Numbered from the stretch's first letter, positions 10,101 through 19,559 are shown. The stretch: DNA of 64,000 nt from Synechococcus sp. UW140 (GCA_943371665.1 CALRVR020000014.1:2267-66266), one strand, 5' to 3'. The notes: generated by a model not told the origin, from the letters alone. Numbers and translations are program-made.

Positions 10101-10968
10101 TGGCGACCTCGGAGTAATCGGGAGTGACGGCCACCGTTTTGGCGCCCTTGTAGCGCACCTCGGTGAAGAAGTGGGCGTCGGGTGTGCGCGTCTGCGGCAC
10201 GTTGGAGCCCCAGGCGATGATGAACGAGCTGTTGTACCAGTCGGCCGACTCGGGCACGTCGGTCTGCTCGCCCCAGACCTGCGGGCTGGCTGGCGGCAGG
10301 TCGCAGTACCAGTCGTAGAAGCTCATGCACACGCCGCCGATGAGCGAGAGGTAACGCGAGCCGGCGGCATAGCTCACCATGCTCATGGCCGGGATGGGCG
10401 AGAAGCCGATGATGCGGTCGGGACCGTGCTGCTTGATGGTGTAGACGTTGGCCGCGGCGATCAGCTGGTTGACCTCGTCCCAGCTGCTGCGCACGAAGCC
10501 GCCCATGCCGCGCACCTGCTGGTAGTCGCGCCGGGCCTCGGGGTTCTCGACGATGCTGGCCCAGGCGTCCACCGGGGTTTTGGCCACGTTGAGCGCAGCG
10601 CGCCAGCGCTCCAGCAGCCGGCCGCGCACCATGGGGTACTTCACGCGGTTGGCGCTGTAGAGATACCAGCTGTAGGACGCTCCGCGCGCGCAGCCGCGCG
10701 GCTCGTGGTTGGGCATGTCCCAGCGCGTGCGCGGGTAGTCGGTCTGCTGGGTTTCCCAGGTGACGATGCCGCCCTTGACGTAGATCTTCCACGAGCACGA
10801 ACCGGTGCAGTTCACGCCGTGGGTGCTGCGCACAATCTTGTCGTGCGCCCAGCGGTTGCGGTAGGCGTCTTCCCAGGTGCGGTCTTCACCGGTGGTCTGG
10901 CCGTGGTTGCCCGAGAAGTTTTCGCGCGGCAGCGAGAAGTGGGAGAGGCGGTCGAGGAAATGGCTCAT
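7150..10968 (-). CDS. narG: Respiratory nitrate reductase alpha subunit
   Basis: 1272 aa; RSTHGVNCTGSCSW, PRGCARGASYSW, YDWYCDLP, AHYVGQEK motifs. Confidence 0.99.
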   Translation of the reverse strand: MSHFLDRLSHFSLPRENFSGNHGQTTGEDRTWEDAYRNRWAHDKIVRSTHGVNCTGSCSWKIYVKGGIVTWETQQTDYPRTRWDMPNHEPRGCARGASYSWYLYSANRVKYPMVRGRLLERWRAALNVAKTPVDAWASIVENPEARRDYQQVRGMGGFVRSSWDEVNQLIAAANVYTIKQHGPDRIIGFSPIPAMSMVSYAAGSRYLSLIGGVCMSFYDWYCDLPPASPQVWGEQTDVPESADWYNSSFIIAWGSNVPQTRTPDAHFFTEVRYKGAKTVAVTPDYSEVAKLSDLWLHPKQGTDAALAMAMGHVVLKNFYFPDGGKPRSSYFDDYARRYTDLPLLVMLKEHTLADGTKTLVPDRYLRASDFNGQLGQKNNPEWKTVAFDTDGKAVLPNGSIGFRWGEAGRNDEGKWNLQAKEARSDTDVKLKLSVIEDGEQDTQVVDVAFPYFGGTAAPHFTANAQNGAINHARVPAVRLRLGKAGEERHALVATVFDLQVAQYGIDRGLGSGAKDFDDNAAYTPAWQESITGVPRDQVVTVAQQFADNADKTHGKSMVIIGAAMNHWYHADMNYRGVINLLMMCGCIGQSGGGWAHYVGQEKLRPQTGWVPLAFATDWSRPPRQMNSTSFFYAHTDQWRYEKLGMEEIVSPLADKAAFGGSMIDFNVRAERMGWLPSAPQLKTNPLQVVKDATAAGLDAKDYVVRALKDGTLAMSCEDPDAPQNWPRNMFVWRSNLLGSSGKGHEYFCKHLLGTENGVQGKDLGHDDAKPEEVVWHKNAPQGKLDLLVTLDFRMSTTCMYSDVVLPTASWYEKNDLNTSDMHPFIHPLSAAVDPVWQSRSDWEIYKGFAQAFSEVCVGHLGVEKEVVLTPIMHDTPGELAQPFDVKEWRKGHCELIPGKTAPQITVVERDYPNTFKRFTALGPLLDKLGNGGKGIGWKTGTEVEQLGQLNGTTLDEGVTKGMPKIVSDIDACEVILQLAPETNGHVAVKAWEALGKQTGIDHTHLAIHREDEKIRFRDIQAQPRKIISSPTWSGIESETVSYNAGYTNVHELIPWRTLTGRQQFYQDHPWMIAFGEGLGSYRPPVDLKATSGMHNIKSNGNAEIVLNFITPHQKWGIHSTYSDNLMMLTLNRGGTVVWLSEDDAKSAGIEDNDWVELFNINGAVAARAVVSQRVNPGMVMMYHSQEKIINTPGSEITGVRGGIHNSVTRIVLKPTHMIGGYAQLSYGFNYYGTIGTNRDEFVVVRKMDKVDWLDTPADDHLIRAYQSQGENP

Positions 10969-11013
10969 AAGGTGCTCCGTGAGGAAGGGATGCGCGATCG
11001 TGTGGGTGCGGCG

Positions 11014-12642
11014 TTACGGGTTGTGGATTTCGGAACCCTTGCGCAGGTAGAACCACCAGTTCAGCACCAGGCAGACGGCGTAGAAGATGGCGAAGCCGTA
11101 CATGGCGTACTGGGGTGTGCCGGCCTTGATCTGAGCGCCGATCACCACCGGCGCTATGAAGGCACCGTAGGCGGCCACGGCCGAGGTCCAGCCGAGCACG
11201 GGGCCGGCCTGCTGGCGGTCGAAGATGACGCCGATGGTGCGGAAGGTCGAGCCGTTGCCGATGCCGCTGGCAAAGAACAGCACGATGAACAGGCCGATGA
11301 AGGCGGGGAAGTACTGCTCGGGCGTTGCCGAACCGTAGGCCTGCATCATCACGTAGCCCACCGCGGCAGAGGCCAGCACCATCACCGCCGAAATGACCTG
11401 GGTGACGATGGAGCCACCGACCTTGTCGGAAATCCAGCCACCGATGGGGCGGACCGCGGCACCGACGAAGGGGCCGATCCAGGCGTAGGTGAGGGCCGAG
11501 GGGGCGTTGGGATTTTTCAGCGTGTGCGTCATCACACCGGCTGCATCGGCCACGTGCTGGAAGCCGAAGATCACCGTGATGGCCAGCGGCAGCACCATCG
11601 AAAAACCAATGAAGGAACCGAAGGTGACGATGTAGAGCGCGGTGAGCGACCAGGTGTGCCTGTTGCGGAAGATCGCGAACTGTTTGGCGACGTTTTCCTT
11701 CATGGCACCGAAGGCGGCCAGTCGCATCATGAGCAGCGCGAGGATGATGTCCAGCGGGATCGCGACCCACATGTTCAGGATGCCCAGCCCGGTGGGGGCC
11801 GGCAGGTACAGCCAGAGCATGAAGATGGCCGGGATGAAGGCCAGGGTGTAGAGATAGGTGACCTTGGCGAACGCGACCAGCGGACTGCCGGTGTCGGGCG
11901 AGACGGTCTTGAGGTTGTTCATGCCGAACCAGGCCAGGATCGACAAGGGCACCAGCGAGATGACCCAGGCGAAACCGGCGTTCTGGATCCAGGTGGGCGT
12001 GCCGGCGGCGATCTTGCCGAAGATCCAGCCGCTGTCCTTAACCAGCGTCATGGACTCACCACCGAAGGCACCCAGCAAGGGCAGCGTCATCACCAGCGGA
12101 ATGACGATCTGCATGGTGGTCACACCGAAGTTGCCCAGACCCGCGTTGAGGCCCAGCGCCGTGCCCTGCAGGCGCTTGGGGAAGAAGGTGCTGATGTTGG
12201 ACATCGAGCTGGCGAAGTTGCCGCCACCCACGCCGGACCACAACGCCAGCAGCTGGAACGCCCACAGCGGCCATTCGGGGTGCTGCAGCGCAAAGCCGGT
12301 GCCGATGGCCGGGGCCAGCAGCATGGCGGTGGTGAGGAAGATGGTGTTGCGCCCACCGGCCAGGCGCACCAGGAACGACGCCGGGATTCGCATGGTGGCG
12401 CCCGAGATGCCGGAGATGGCGGTAAGCGTGAACAGCTCGGCCTGGGTGAAGGGGAAGCCCAGGTTGAGCATCTGCACCGTGATGATTCCCCACATGCCCC
12501 AGACGGCGAAGCCGCACAGCAGGGCCGGCACGGAGATCCAGAGGTTGCGGTAGGCGATGCGCTTGCCGGTGGTGTTCCAGAAGGTCTCGTCCTCCGGGCG
12601 CCAATCGACGATGTCGGGTCCGACTTTGGTGTTGTTGTTCAT
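11014..12642 (-). CDS. narK2: MFS nitrate/nitrite transporter (NarK2 type)
   Basis: RNLWISVP, GGGNFASSM, GIGNGSTF nitrate-signature motifs. Confidence 0.93.
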   Translation of the reverse strand: MNNNTKVGPDIVDWRPEDETFWNTTGKRIAYRNLWISVPALLCGFAVWGMWGIITVQMLNLGFPFTQAELFTLTAISGISGATMRIPASFLVRLAGGRNTIFLTTAMLLAPAIGTGFALQHPEWPLWAFQLLALWSGVGGGNFASSMSNISTFFPKRLQGTALGLNAGLGNFGVTTMQIVIPLVMTLPLLGAFGGESMTLVKDSGWIFGKIAAGTPTWIQNAGFAWVISLVPLSILAWFGMNNLKTVSPDTGSPLVAFAKVTYLYTLAFIPAIFMLWLYLPAPTGLGILNMWVAIPLDIILALLMMRLAAFGAMKENVAKQFAIFRNRHTWSLTALYIVTFGSFIGFSMVLPLAITVIFGFQHVADAAGVMTHTLKNPNAPSALTYAWIGPFVGAAVRPIGGWISDKVGGSIVTQVISAVMVLASAAVGYVMMQAYGSATPEQYFPAFIGLFIVLFFASGIGNGSTFRTIGVIFDRQQAGPVLGWTSAVAAYGAFIAPVVIGAQIKAGTPQYAMYGFAIFYAVCLVLNWWFYLRKGSEIHNP

Positions 12643-12666
12643 GGTGGTGTGGACCGACGCGTGGCG

Positions 12667-13935
12667 TCAGTTCTGAAGGGAAAAAGGTTTGGCGTTCGCG
12701 CCCATGACCTCGGTCTTTCGCACCTCGGTCCAGTACATCCAGATCAGCGACACCCAGACCACGCCGTACATCAACATGAAGGCGCTCGAGCGGATGCCGG
12801 TGAGGTCCATCAACACACCGAACAGGATGGGCAGCACGAAGCCCCCCAGGCCACCGGCCAGGCCCACGATGCCGCTGATGGCGCCGATGTTCTTCGGGTA
12901 GTCGTCGCTGATGTACTTGAAGACGCTCGCCTTGCCGAAGGCCCAGGCGATGCCCAGGATGAACATCAGCGCGGTGAAGACGTAAACGTTGAGGCCGATG
13001 TGGAAGGTGCGCGGGCCGTTGACGGTGAGCACGGTGAAATCGGTCTGCGGGTACGACAGCAGGAACAGGCAGATCCAGCTGACCCACAGCACCCACCAGG
13101 TGACCTTGTGCGCGCCGAACTTGTCCGACATCACGCCACCCACCGCGCGCAGCACGCCACCGGGCAGCGAGAAGCAGGCCGCCAGCAGCGCGGCCACGCG
13201 GATGTCCAGACCGAACTCGCCGACGTAGTACTGCACCATCCACAGCGACAGCGCCACGTAGCCGCCGAAGACGATGCTGTAGTACTGGCAGTACTTGATG
13301 ACCTTGGGGTCCTTGAGCGCCTTCAGCTGCTCCTTGAAGGACACATGGCTGGGCACCAGGTGCGCCGGGTTGCTGTGGCTGAACAGCCAGAACAGCACCA
13401 GCGTGGCAAGCATGATGGTGGCATACACCTGCGGCACCAGCGTCCAGCCGAACGCCACCAGCAGCACGGGCGCCACGAACTTGTTGACCGCCGCCCCCGA
13501 GTTGCCCGCGCCATACACACCCATGGCCATGCCCTGGCGGTGCTTGGGGAACCAGCGCGCCACGTACGGTGTGCCGACCGAGAACGAGCCCCCGGCCAGG
13601 CCGACGAACAGGCCGATGGTGAGGAAGTGCCAGTAGGCGGTGGCGTAGCTCATGAGCCAGATCGCCGGCACGGTGATCGCCATGAGGATGGCCATCACGA
13701 TGCGGCCACCGTAGCGGTCGGTCCAGATGCCCAGCGGCACGCGCACCAGCGAGCCGGTGAGCACGGGCGTGGCCATGAGCAGGCCGAACTGGGTCGAATT
13801 GAGGTCGAGTGCCTTCTTGATCGGGATGCCGATGACGCCGAACATCATCCAGACCATGAAGCACACCGTGAAGGCCAGCGTGCTGACGATCAGCACGGAC
13901 CAGGCTTTCCTGTCGTTGTTCAGTTCAGAGGCCAT
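12667..13935 (-). CDS. narK1: MFS nitrate transporter (NarK1 type)
   Basis: PVLTGSLVR, GLAGGSF, GAGNSG, GGLGGF motifs; start at MASELNN (alternative 13959). Confidence 0.9.
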   Translation of the reverse strand: MASELNNDRKAWSVLIVSTLAFTVCFMVWMMFGVIGIPIKKALDLNSTQFGLLMATPVLTGSLVRVPLGIWTDRYGGRIVMAILMAITVPAIWLMSYATAYWHFLTIGLFVGLAGGSFSVGTPYVARWFPKHRQGMAMGVYGAGNSGAAVNKFVAPVLLVAFGWTLVPQVYATIMLATLVLFWLFSHSNPAHLVPSHVSFKEQLKALKDPKVIKYCQYYSIVFGGYVALSLWMVQYYVGEFGLDIRVAALLAACFSLPGGVLRAVGGVMSDKFGAHKVTWWVLWVSWICLFLLSYPQTDFTVLTVNGPRTFHIGLNVYVFTALMFILGIAWAFGKASVFKYISDDYPKNIGAISGIVGLAGGLGGFVLPILFGVLMDLTGIRSSAFMLMYGVVWVSLIWMYWTEVRKTEVMGANAKPFSLQN

Positions 13936-14089
13936 GTCGTCTTTCTCCACGCGGGGCATGGCAAGACTGTCGGCGCCTCGCGAGAAGCTGCCTATCCGTC
14001 GCCCGGGCGGGCGAGGCACGGCTAAAGAACGATGGTGATGGAGGCTGGCGAGTCCGGAAGAACTACCCGGACCGCTTTCCAGACTTCAG

Positions 14090-14103
14090 TTGACGCAGGT
14101 CAA
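14090..14103. promoter_or_regulatory. FNR/DNR-type box upstream of narK1
   Basis: TTGAC-GCAG-GTCAA, perfect inverted arms resembling TTGAT-N4-ATCAA; about 155 bp upstream of narK1. Confidence 0.75.
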
Positions 14104-14429
14104 GGCGTCAGCGCGATGGTGACAAGTACGCTGGCGTCTTCCACGGCGCTCAGGCTGTGCGGCACACCGCCGCGCAGGAAGAGCAATTGACCGGTCTGCA
14201 GTCGCTGTATGCCGGCCGGCGTCTTGAAGTCGATTGCACCTTCGAGGCACTGCACGGTGATCTCGCCTGGCACCTGATGCATGGGCATGACCCGGCCTGC
14301 TGGCAGCATCAAGCGCATCACCTCGAGCTGGGTCGACTTGAACAAGGCCACCGACTGGGTGCTCAGGGCATCGCCGCCGAGGTGATTCAGATTGGCGATG
14401 TCGCCTGATTCGAGGTGGGTCAGGGCCAT
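14100..14429 (-). CDS. Small cupin-domain protein
   Basis: 109 aa; MPMHQVPGEITVQCLEG...GGVPHSL cupin pattern. Confidence 0.85.
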   Translation of the reverse strand: MALTHLESGDIANLNHLGGDALSTQSVALFKSTQLEVMRLMLPAGRVMPMHQVPGEITVQCLEGAIDFKTPAGIQRLQTGQLLFLRGGVPHSLSAVEDASVLVTIALTP

Positions 14430-14438
14430 GTCGGTCCC

Positions 14439-15125
14439 CTAGGTGATGTGGCGGGCCGCAAACACGGCGGCCTGCACGCGCGAGCTGAGGTGAAGCTTGC
14501 GCAGGATGTGCTGCACATGGATCTTGACCGTGGTCTCTGCAATGTCGAGCTGGCGGGCGATGTGCTTGTTGCTGTCGCCGCGTGCGATCAGGCGCAGGAT
14601 CTCGAGCTCTCGCGTCGACAACGACGCCAGTTCGTCGCTGGCCGTGTGGGCAGCGGCATCGACTGCATGGTCCTGCGCCGGCGGTTGGGCGCGCAACGCC
14701 GACACCAGCTTGGTGGTCATCTCGGGGCTCACCACCGACTCGCCGTCCATCACCTTGACGATGCTGTCGCACAGGTGATCCGACTCGACAGTCTTCAGCA
14801 GGTAGCCATCGGCCCCGGCCTTGAGCGCCGCCACCAGGTCGGCCTCGTTCTCGCTCACGGTGAGCATGAGAACACGGGTGCCCGGCGCGGCCTCGCGCAG
14901 CGCGGGGATGGCGTCCACACCCAGCACGCCCGGCAGGTGGTTGTCGAGCAGGATCACGTCGGGTCGGCGGCGCGCCATGCAGCGCAGGGCTTCGCCCACG
15001 TCGCCGGCTTCGCAACAGACTTCCAGGCGCGCGTCCTGTGCCAGCAGCGCCATCAGACCGCGGCGGAACAGTGAGTGGTCGTCCACCACGAGCAGCTGGA
15101 TGGGGTCGGTGGATGAGTGGGTCAT
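14439..15125 (-). CDS. narL: NarL-family response regulator
   Basis: VDDH receiver, LLDNHLPG, C-terminal LuxR HTH (SNKHIARQLDIAETTVKIHV); follows narX. Confidence 0.93.
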   Translation of the reverse strand: MTHSSTDPIQLLVVDDHSLFRRGLMALLAQDARLEVCCEAGDVGEALRCMARRRPDVILLDNHLPGVLGVDAIPALREAAPGTRVLMLTVSENEADLVAALKAGADGYLLKTVESDHLCDSIVKVMDGESVVSPEMTTKLVSALRAQPPAQDHAVDAAAHTASDELASLSTRELEILRLIARGDSNKHIARQLDIAETTVKIHVQHILRKLHLSSRVQAAVFAARHIT

Positions 15126-17032
15126 GAAACGCCGAGCATGTGGGTTGGCAAGGCTGTAGGGCCAGCTGCCACAGGATGGGGCGGCAGCGTGAGGGTCACC
15201 GTCGTGCCGTTGCCGAGATCGGAACCTACGTCGACCGTTGCGCCGATCAGCGCTGCACGCTCGCGCATGATCTTCAGGCCCACGTGGGAATCGTCGGGGG
15301 TGTCCAGCACGTCGAAGCCGGTACCGTCGTCGCGCACGCGAAAGCGCCAACGCGCACCCTTGATCACGTCGAGCTGGACGTGGTGCGCCCCGGCATGCTT
15401 ACGCACATTGGAGAGCGATTCCTGCAGCACATGCAGCACCTGAACCTGCACGTCGGGGGGCAGTGGCAGTCCGTGTCCCTCGATGTGCAGCCTGGCCGGC
15501 AGACCGGTCTGGTGCTGGAACTTTTGCAGCGTTTCCTGCAGCGCGCGCTCGATGTCGTCGGTGTTGGTGCGGGTGCGAAAGTGCACCAGCAGCTCGCGCA
15601 CGTCGTTGATGCTCTCGCGCAGCCCTTCGTCGAGTTCGTCGAGCGTGCTCATCACACGCGCCTCCTGCCCCTTGCTTGCGGCGGTGCGCAGCAGCTGCAA
15701 CTGGATATTGAGGAATGCCAGCGACTGCGCGATGGAGTCATGCAGTTCGCGCGCGATCAAGGCGCGCTCTTCACCCACGGCGGCTTCGCGCTCCAGCGCG
15801 GCCGCACGGAGACCTTCCAGCGCATTGGCGAGGTGGCTGGCCAACGCGTCGAGCAGCTCGGTTTCGCCCGTGTTCAGACTGGTCTGCGAGCGGTAGAACA
15901 GGTTGATTTCGCCGATGACGCGCTGTTGCAGGCGCACCGGAACGCTCACCAGGGTTTCGAAGCCGGCGCGCACGCAGTGGCGAACTTCTGCTTCATCGTG
16001 GCTGCGGATGGGAATCACCCGGGTGCGCGCATCGGGCTGGAGGTTGCCGCATGCGCACGCGCCCGCCAGCAGGCTGCGTTCTTCTTCGACCATCTCGTGC
16101 GGAAAACAGTCGGACGCCAGCATCAGGTATCTCTGGCTGGCTTCGTCGCTCCAGCGCACCGCCACCGCGTCGGCCTTCACCACGCTTCGCACGCGCTGTG
16201 CAAAACCGCGCGAGAGCTCATCGATGGTGCCTGCATGGGCCATGAAGGCACTCACCTCGTAGAGCGTGGCTAGCCGCGCGCGCTGTGCCTCGATGTGGCG
16301 TGTCTTGCTCTCCACCTGGCTCTCCAGACCGGCGTACATGGACTGCAGCGTGGACGCCATGCGGTTGAAGCCCGACGCCACCTGCCCGAACTCGTCGAGC
16401 GTGTCGACTTCCACGCGCGCCTTGAAGTCGCCCGACTCCAGTCGGCGCAGGCCCAGGCGCAGCTGCGCCAATGGGTTGATCACGTACATGTAGCCGGTGT
16501 AGAGCATCACCACCGCACCAGCAATGGCCAGTGCCATCATGAGCAGCTGGAACAGGTTGAGGACGGCGGTGAAGCCCGAGAGCTGGTGCTCGATCGCGAG
16601 CACGAGGTTGTCGATGGCATCGACGAAACTGTCGGCTGCTGCCAGGGCCTGCGCCGGGTCGGTGGGCGTGCCCTGGAGCCAGAGTGGGCGCTGTTGCTGC
16701 CACAACGATTCGACGGCAGCGAATTCGCGGCGCACGGCGTCATCCCAGGGAACGAACAGAGGGCGGCTGGCGTCACCCTGGCGCAGCAGGTCGAGGCTTT
16801 GATCGAACTGCTGCACCAGCGCCGGCACTTCCGCCAGCGCACCCTCTGACTGAGCAACGCTGGTGAGTCGCCATGTCTGCATGCGCATGCGGCCAGCTTC
16901 GTTCACCGCTGCGGCACCGCCTTCCAGCTGCCAGGTCACCCACAGCGTGAGGCCGATGGATGCAAGCGCAACCAGCAGCAACCCGGCGCCGATGCGCACC
17001 AGTTTGGTCGACAGCGACGCGGTGGACACCAT
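15122..17032 (-). CDS. narX: Nitrate/nitrite sensor histidine kinase
   Basis: P-box AVNEAGRMRMQ, HAMP, GAF, ERALIARELHDSIAQ. Confidence 0.95.
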   Translation of the reverse strand: MVSTASLSTKLVRIGAGLLLVALASIGLTLWVTWQLEGGAAAVNEAGRMRMQTWRLTSVAQSEGALAEVPALVQQFDQSLDLLRQGDASRPLFVPWDDAVRREFAAVESLWQQQRPLWLQGTPTDPAQALAAADSFVDAIDNLVLAIEHQLSGFTAVLNLFQLLMMALAIAGAVVMLYTGYMYVINPLAQLRLGLRRLESGDFKARVEVDTLDEFGQVASGFNRMASTLQSMYAGLESQVESKTRHIEAQRARLATLYEVSAFMAHAGTIDELSRGFAQRVRSVVKADAVAVRWSDEASQRYLMLASDCFPHEMVEEERSLLAGACACGNLQPDARTRVIPIRSHDEAEVRHCVRAGFETLVSVPVRLQQRVIGEINLFYRSQTSLNTGETELLDALASHLANALEGLRAAALEREAAVGEERALIARELHDSIAQSLAFLNIQLQLLRTAASKGQEARVMSTLDELDEGLRESINDVRELLVHFRTRTNTDDIERALQETLQKFQHQTGLPARLHIEGHGLPLPPDVQVQVLHVLQESLSNVRKHAGAHHVQLDVIKGARWRFRVRDDGTGFDVLDTPDDSHVGLKIMRERAALIGATVDVGSDLGNGTTVTLTLPPHPVAAGPTALPTHMLGVS

Positions 17033-17041
17033 GGTGGGAGG

Positions 17042-17554
17042 TTAGCGGCTTTCGCCGCCGGCAGATACCCGGGCGCGACGGACTGCGGTCTCGGGCGGGC
17101 GCGGCAGGCCGGGCACGAACTGCATCCGCTGGCTGCCGCCCGCAGGGGCGGGCGCGACGAGATCGGCCAGCGTCACGCCGTCGAGCACGGTCAGGTACCG
17201 GTCCATGGCCTCGCGAAGCGCGCCCTTGAGCCGGCAATGACCGTCGAGCCGGCAGCTGTTGTGATCTGCGTCGAAGCACTCCACCAGGGTGAAGTCGGTT
17301 TCGGTCTGTCGCACCACTTCGCCCACCACAATGCCGTGCGCCGGCTTGAGCAGGCGCAGGCCGCCGCCCCGCCCCCGCGTGGTCTCCAGCAGGCCCAGGC
17401 CGGACAAGGTCATCACGATCTTGGTCAGATGGCTGCGCGAGATGCCGTGGGCTTCCGCGATCTCACCCACGGTGGCGCGCTGCTCGCGCCGTTCACTGGC
17501 GGCGCAGTACATCAACACGCGCAGGCTGAAGTCGGTCCATTGGGTCAATCGCAT
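17042..17554 (-). CDS. nsrR: Rrf2-family NO-sensitive repressor
   Basis: MRLTQWTDFSLR, RGRGGG wing, three Cys ECFDADHNSCRLDGHC; divergent from ytfE. Confidence 0.88.
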   Translation of the reverse strand: MRLTQWTDFSLRVLMYCAASERREQRATVGEIAEAHGISRSHLTKIVMTLSGLGLLETTRGRGGGLRLLKPAHGIVVGEVVRQTETDFTLVECFDADHNSCRLDGHCRLKGALREAMDRYLTVLDGVTLADLVAPAPAGGSQRMQFVPGLPRPPETAVRRARVSAGGESR

Positions 17555-17596
17555 CGCGCATCCTCCTGATGAACGATATCCGCATGGATGGTCTGA

Positions 17597-17649
17597 ATAT
17601 TCATATGACGTGCATTTTATGCACTAATATGTGCATTCATTATGAACAT
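17597..17649. promoter_or_regulatory. Tandem NsrR-like operators in the nsrR/ytfE intergenic region
   Basis: AT-rich stretch with ATTCAT-N5-GTGCAT (17599-17615) and ATGTGCAT-N5-ATGAACAT (17629-17649), resembling the gATGCAT-N5-ATGCATc consensus. Confidence 0.75.
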
Positions 17650-17664
17650 TCAAGGATCGTCGCC

Positions 17665-18363
17665 ATGACCACCATCTTCGCCCCTGTGCACACCCAGGAC
17701 CGCGCCAGCCAGCCCATCGGACGGATTGCGGTCGACCTGCCGGGCTCCACCGCCGTCTTCCGCCGCCTCAAGCTCGACTTCTGCTGTGGCGGCCAGATCG
17801 CCCTGCGGGAGGCCTGCGACAACAAGGGCCTGCCGCTGGACGCCGTGCTGGCCGAACTCGACCGGTTGGACCGCCCTGACAGCCCGGCCGTGCCGCAGGC
17901 ACCCGCCGAGATGATCGACCACATCCTCACCCGCTACCACGCGGTGCATCGCGAGCAACTGCCCGAGTTGATCCGCATGGCGTGCCGTGTTGAAGCGGTG
18001 CACCGCGACAACCCCGATGTGCCCAGGGGCCTGGCTGCGCATCTGGAGACGATTGAGGTCGAGATGCTGGAGCACATGGCCAAGGAGGAGAACATCCTCT
18101 TTCCCATGCTCAAGGCGGGTGGGCGCGGCATGGCGGTGCACCCCATCGGCGTGATGCGGGAGGAACACACCAGCCACGGCGAACAACTCGAGCGCCTCAT
18201 GGCACTGACGCACGACGCCATCCCGCCCGAGGGCGCGTGCAACACGTGGCGGGCGCTGTACGCCGGCATCGACCAGTTCGCCGACGACCTGGTGGCCCAC
18301 ATCCATCTCGAGAACAACCAGCTGTTTCCTCAGTTTGAACGGGCGCGGTCGAGTTGCTGCTGA
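17665..18363 (+). CDS. ytfE: Iron-sulfur cluster repair di-iron protein (RIC)
   Basis: LDFCCGG, RYHAVHR, HMAKEENILFP, HIHLENN hemerythrin-like motifs. Confidence 0.95.
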   Translation: MTTIFAPVHTQDRASQPIGRIAVDLPGSTAVFRRLKLDFCCGGQIALREACDNKGLPLDAVLAELDRLDRPDSPAVPQAPAEMIDHILTRYHAVHREQLPELIRMACRVEAVHRDNPDVPRGLAAHLETIEVEMLEHMAKEENILFPMLKAGGRGMAVHPIGVMREEHTSHGEQLERLMALTHDAIPPEGACNTWRALYAGIDQFADDLVAHIHLENNQLFPQFERARSSCC

Positions 18364-18377
18364 ACCGTTCGCCGATC

Positions 18378-19559
18378 ATGCGTGCTGCATCTGCCACCTT
18401 GCCAGCCCCCCGCGGATGGCCCGTGTTCCGGCTGGGGTTCCGGCCGTTTTACCTGGGCGCTGCTGCCTATGGCGCGCTGGCCATCCCGCTGTGGATCGCA
18501 CTCCTCTCGGGACGGGTCTCGGTGAGCCTGTCCATCTCTCCCGTGCTTTGGCACGCCCATGAAATGCTGTTCGGCTTCGCCGTGGCCGTGATCGTGGGGT
18601 TTCTGCTCACAGCGGGCAAGGCCTGGACCGGACTGGACACGCCGCGCGGTGGTGTGCTGGCCGGGCTTTTCGCGCTGTGGCTGGCCGCCCGGCTCTCAGC
18701 CGTGTCCGGCCCCTACGCGGTCTACGCGATGCTGGACCTGCTGCTGTTGCCGCTGGTGGCGGCGGTCTTCATGTCGGTGCTGCTGCGCGCGGGCGGCGGG
18801 CGCAACCTGCCTCTGGGCGTCATCCTCGTGTTGCTGGCATTGGCCAACGCGGCGTTCCACGGCGCCCTGAGCGGGCTCATCGACATCGAACCCGTGCGCG
18901 GCCTGCATGCAGGGCTGGCTCTGATCGTCATGATCGAGAGCGTGATCGCAGGCCGGGTGATCCCGGCGTTCACCCAGTCGGCCTTGCCAAGCGTGAGCTT
19001 GAAGTCGCCTCGGTGGCTGGAGCAGGCCACCCAGGGCACCACGGCGATTGCGCTGGGCCTGTGGGTGCTGGGCCCACCCGGCGTGCCCAGCGCCATTGCG
19101 CTGGGTGTAGCGGCATGTCTGCATGTCTTTCGTCAGTGGTGCTGGAGACCCGAGCGCACCCGCACGCGCCCTGTTCTGTGGGTGCTGCACCTGGCCTACG
19201 CCTGGCTGCCCATCGGCCTCGGGTTGCTCGCGCTGTTCCAGCTCGGCATGCTGGGCGTCTCTTCCGGCATCCACGCACTGGCGGTGGGCGCCACCGGTGG
19301 GCTCATCATCGGGATGATCACGCGCACGGCACGCGGCCACACCGGGAGGCCCTTGCAGGTGTCCAAGCTGGAGGTGGCAGCCTACGTGCTGGTGGCCTGC
19401 GCTGCCGTGTCACGGGTCGTGCTGCCTCTGCTGGCGCCAGGCCATCTTGTCGCCTGGCTTGTCGTCGCCGCTGCGGCATGGAGCATCGCGTTTGCCTTGT
19501 ACCTCGTGGTTTTCACGCCTTGGCTGCTCACCACCCGTCTGGACGGCAAGGACGGCTGA
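18378..19559 (+). CDS. nnrS: NnrS family NO-response membrane protein
   Basis: GFRPFY, WHAHEMLFGF, GFLLTA, RTARGHTGR, RLDGKDG; start uncertain (18354 or 18378). Confidence 0.93.
   Translation: MRAASATLPAPRGWPVFRLGFRPFYLGAAAYGALAIPLWIALLSGRVSVSLSISPVLWHAHEMLFGFAVAVIVGFLLTAGKAWTGLDTPRGGVLAGLFALWLAARLSAVSGPYAVYAMLDLLLLPLVAAVFMSVLLRAGGGRNLPLGVILVLLALANAAFHGALSGLIDIEPVRGLHAGLALIVMIESVIAGRVIPAFTQSALPSVSLKSPRWLEQATQGTTAIALGLWVLGPPGVPSAIALGVAACLHVFRQWCWRPERTRTRPVLWVLHLAYAWLPIGLGLLALFQLGMLGVSSGIHALAVGATGGLIIGMITRTARGHTGRPLQVSKLEVAAYVLVACAAVSRVVLPLLAPGHLVAWLVVAAAAWSIAFALYLVVFTPWLLTTRLDGKDG

Noticed and set aside
7138-14025. 2295-aa + strand ORF antisense to narG-narK2-narK1
   Set aside because: Shadow ORF: the three real genes share one codon phase and GC-biased codon use rarely creates antisense stops; no recognisable motifs
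14030-14090. NarL heptamers at the narK promoter
   Set aside because: Only a weak single match (TACCCGG); no convincing paired arrangement
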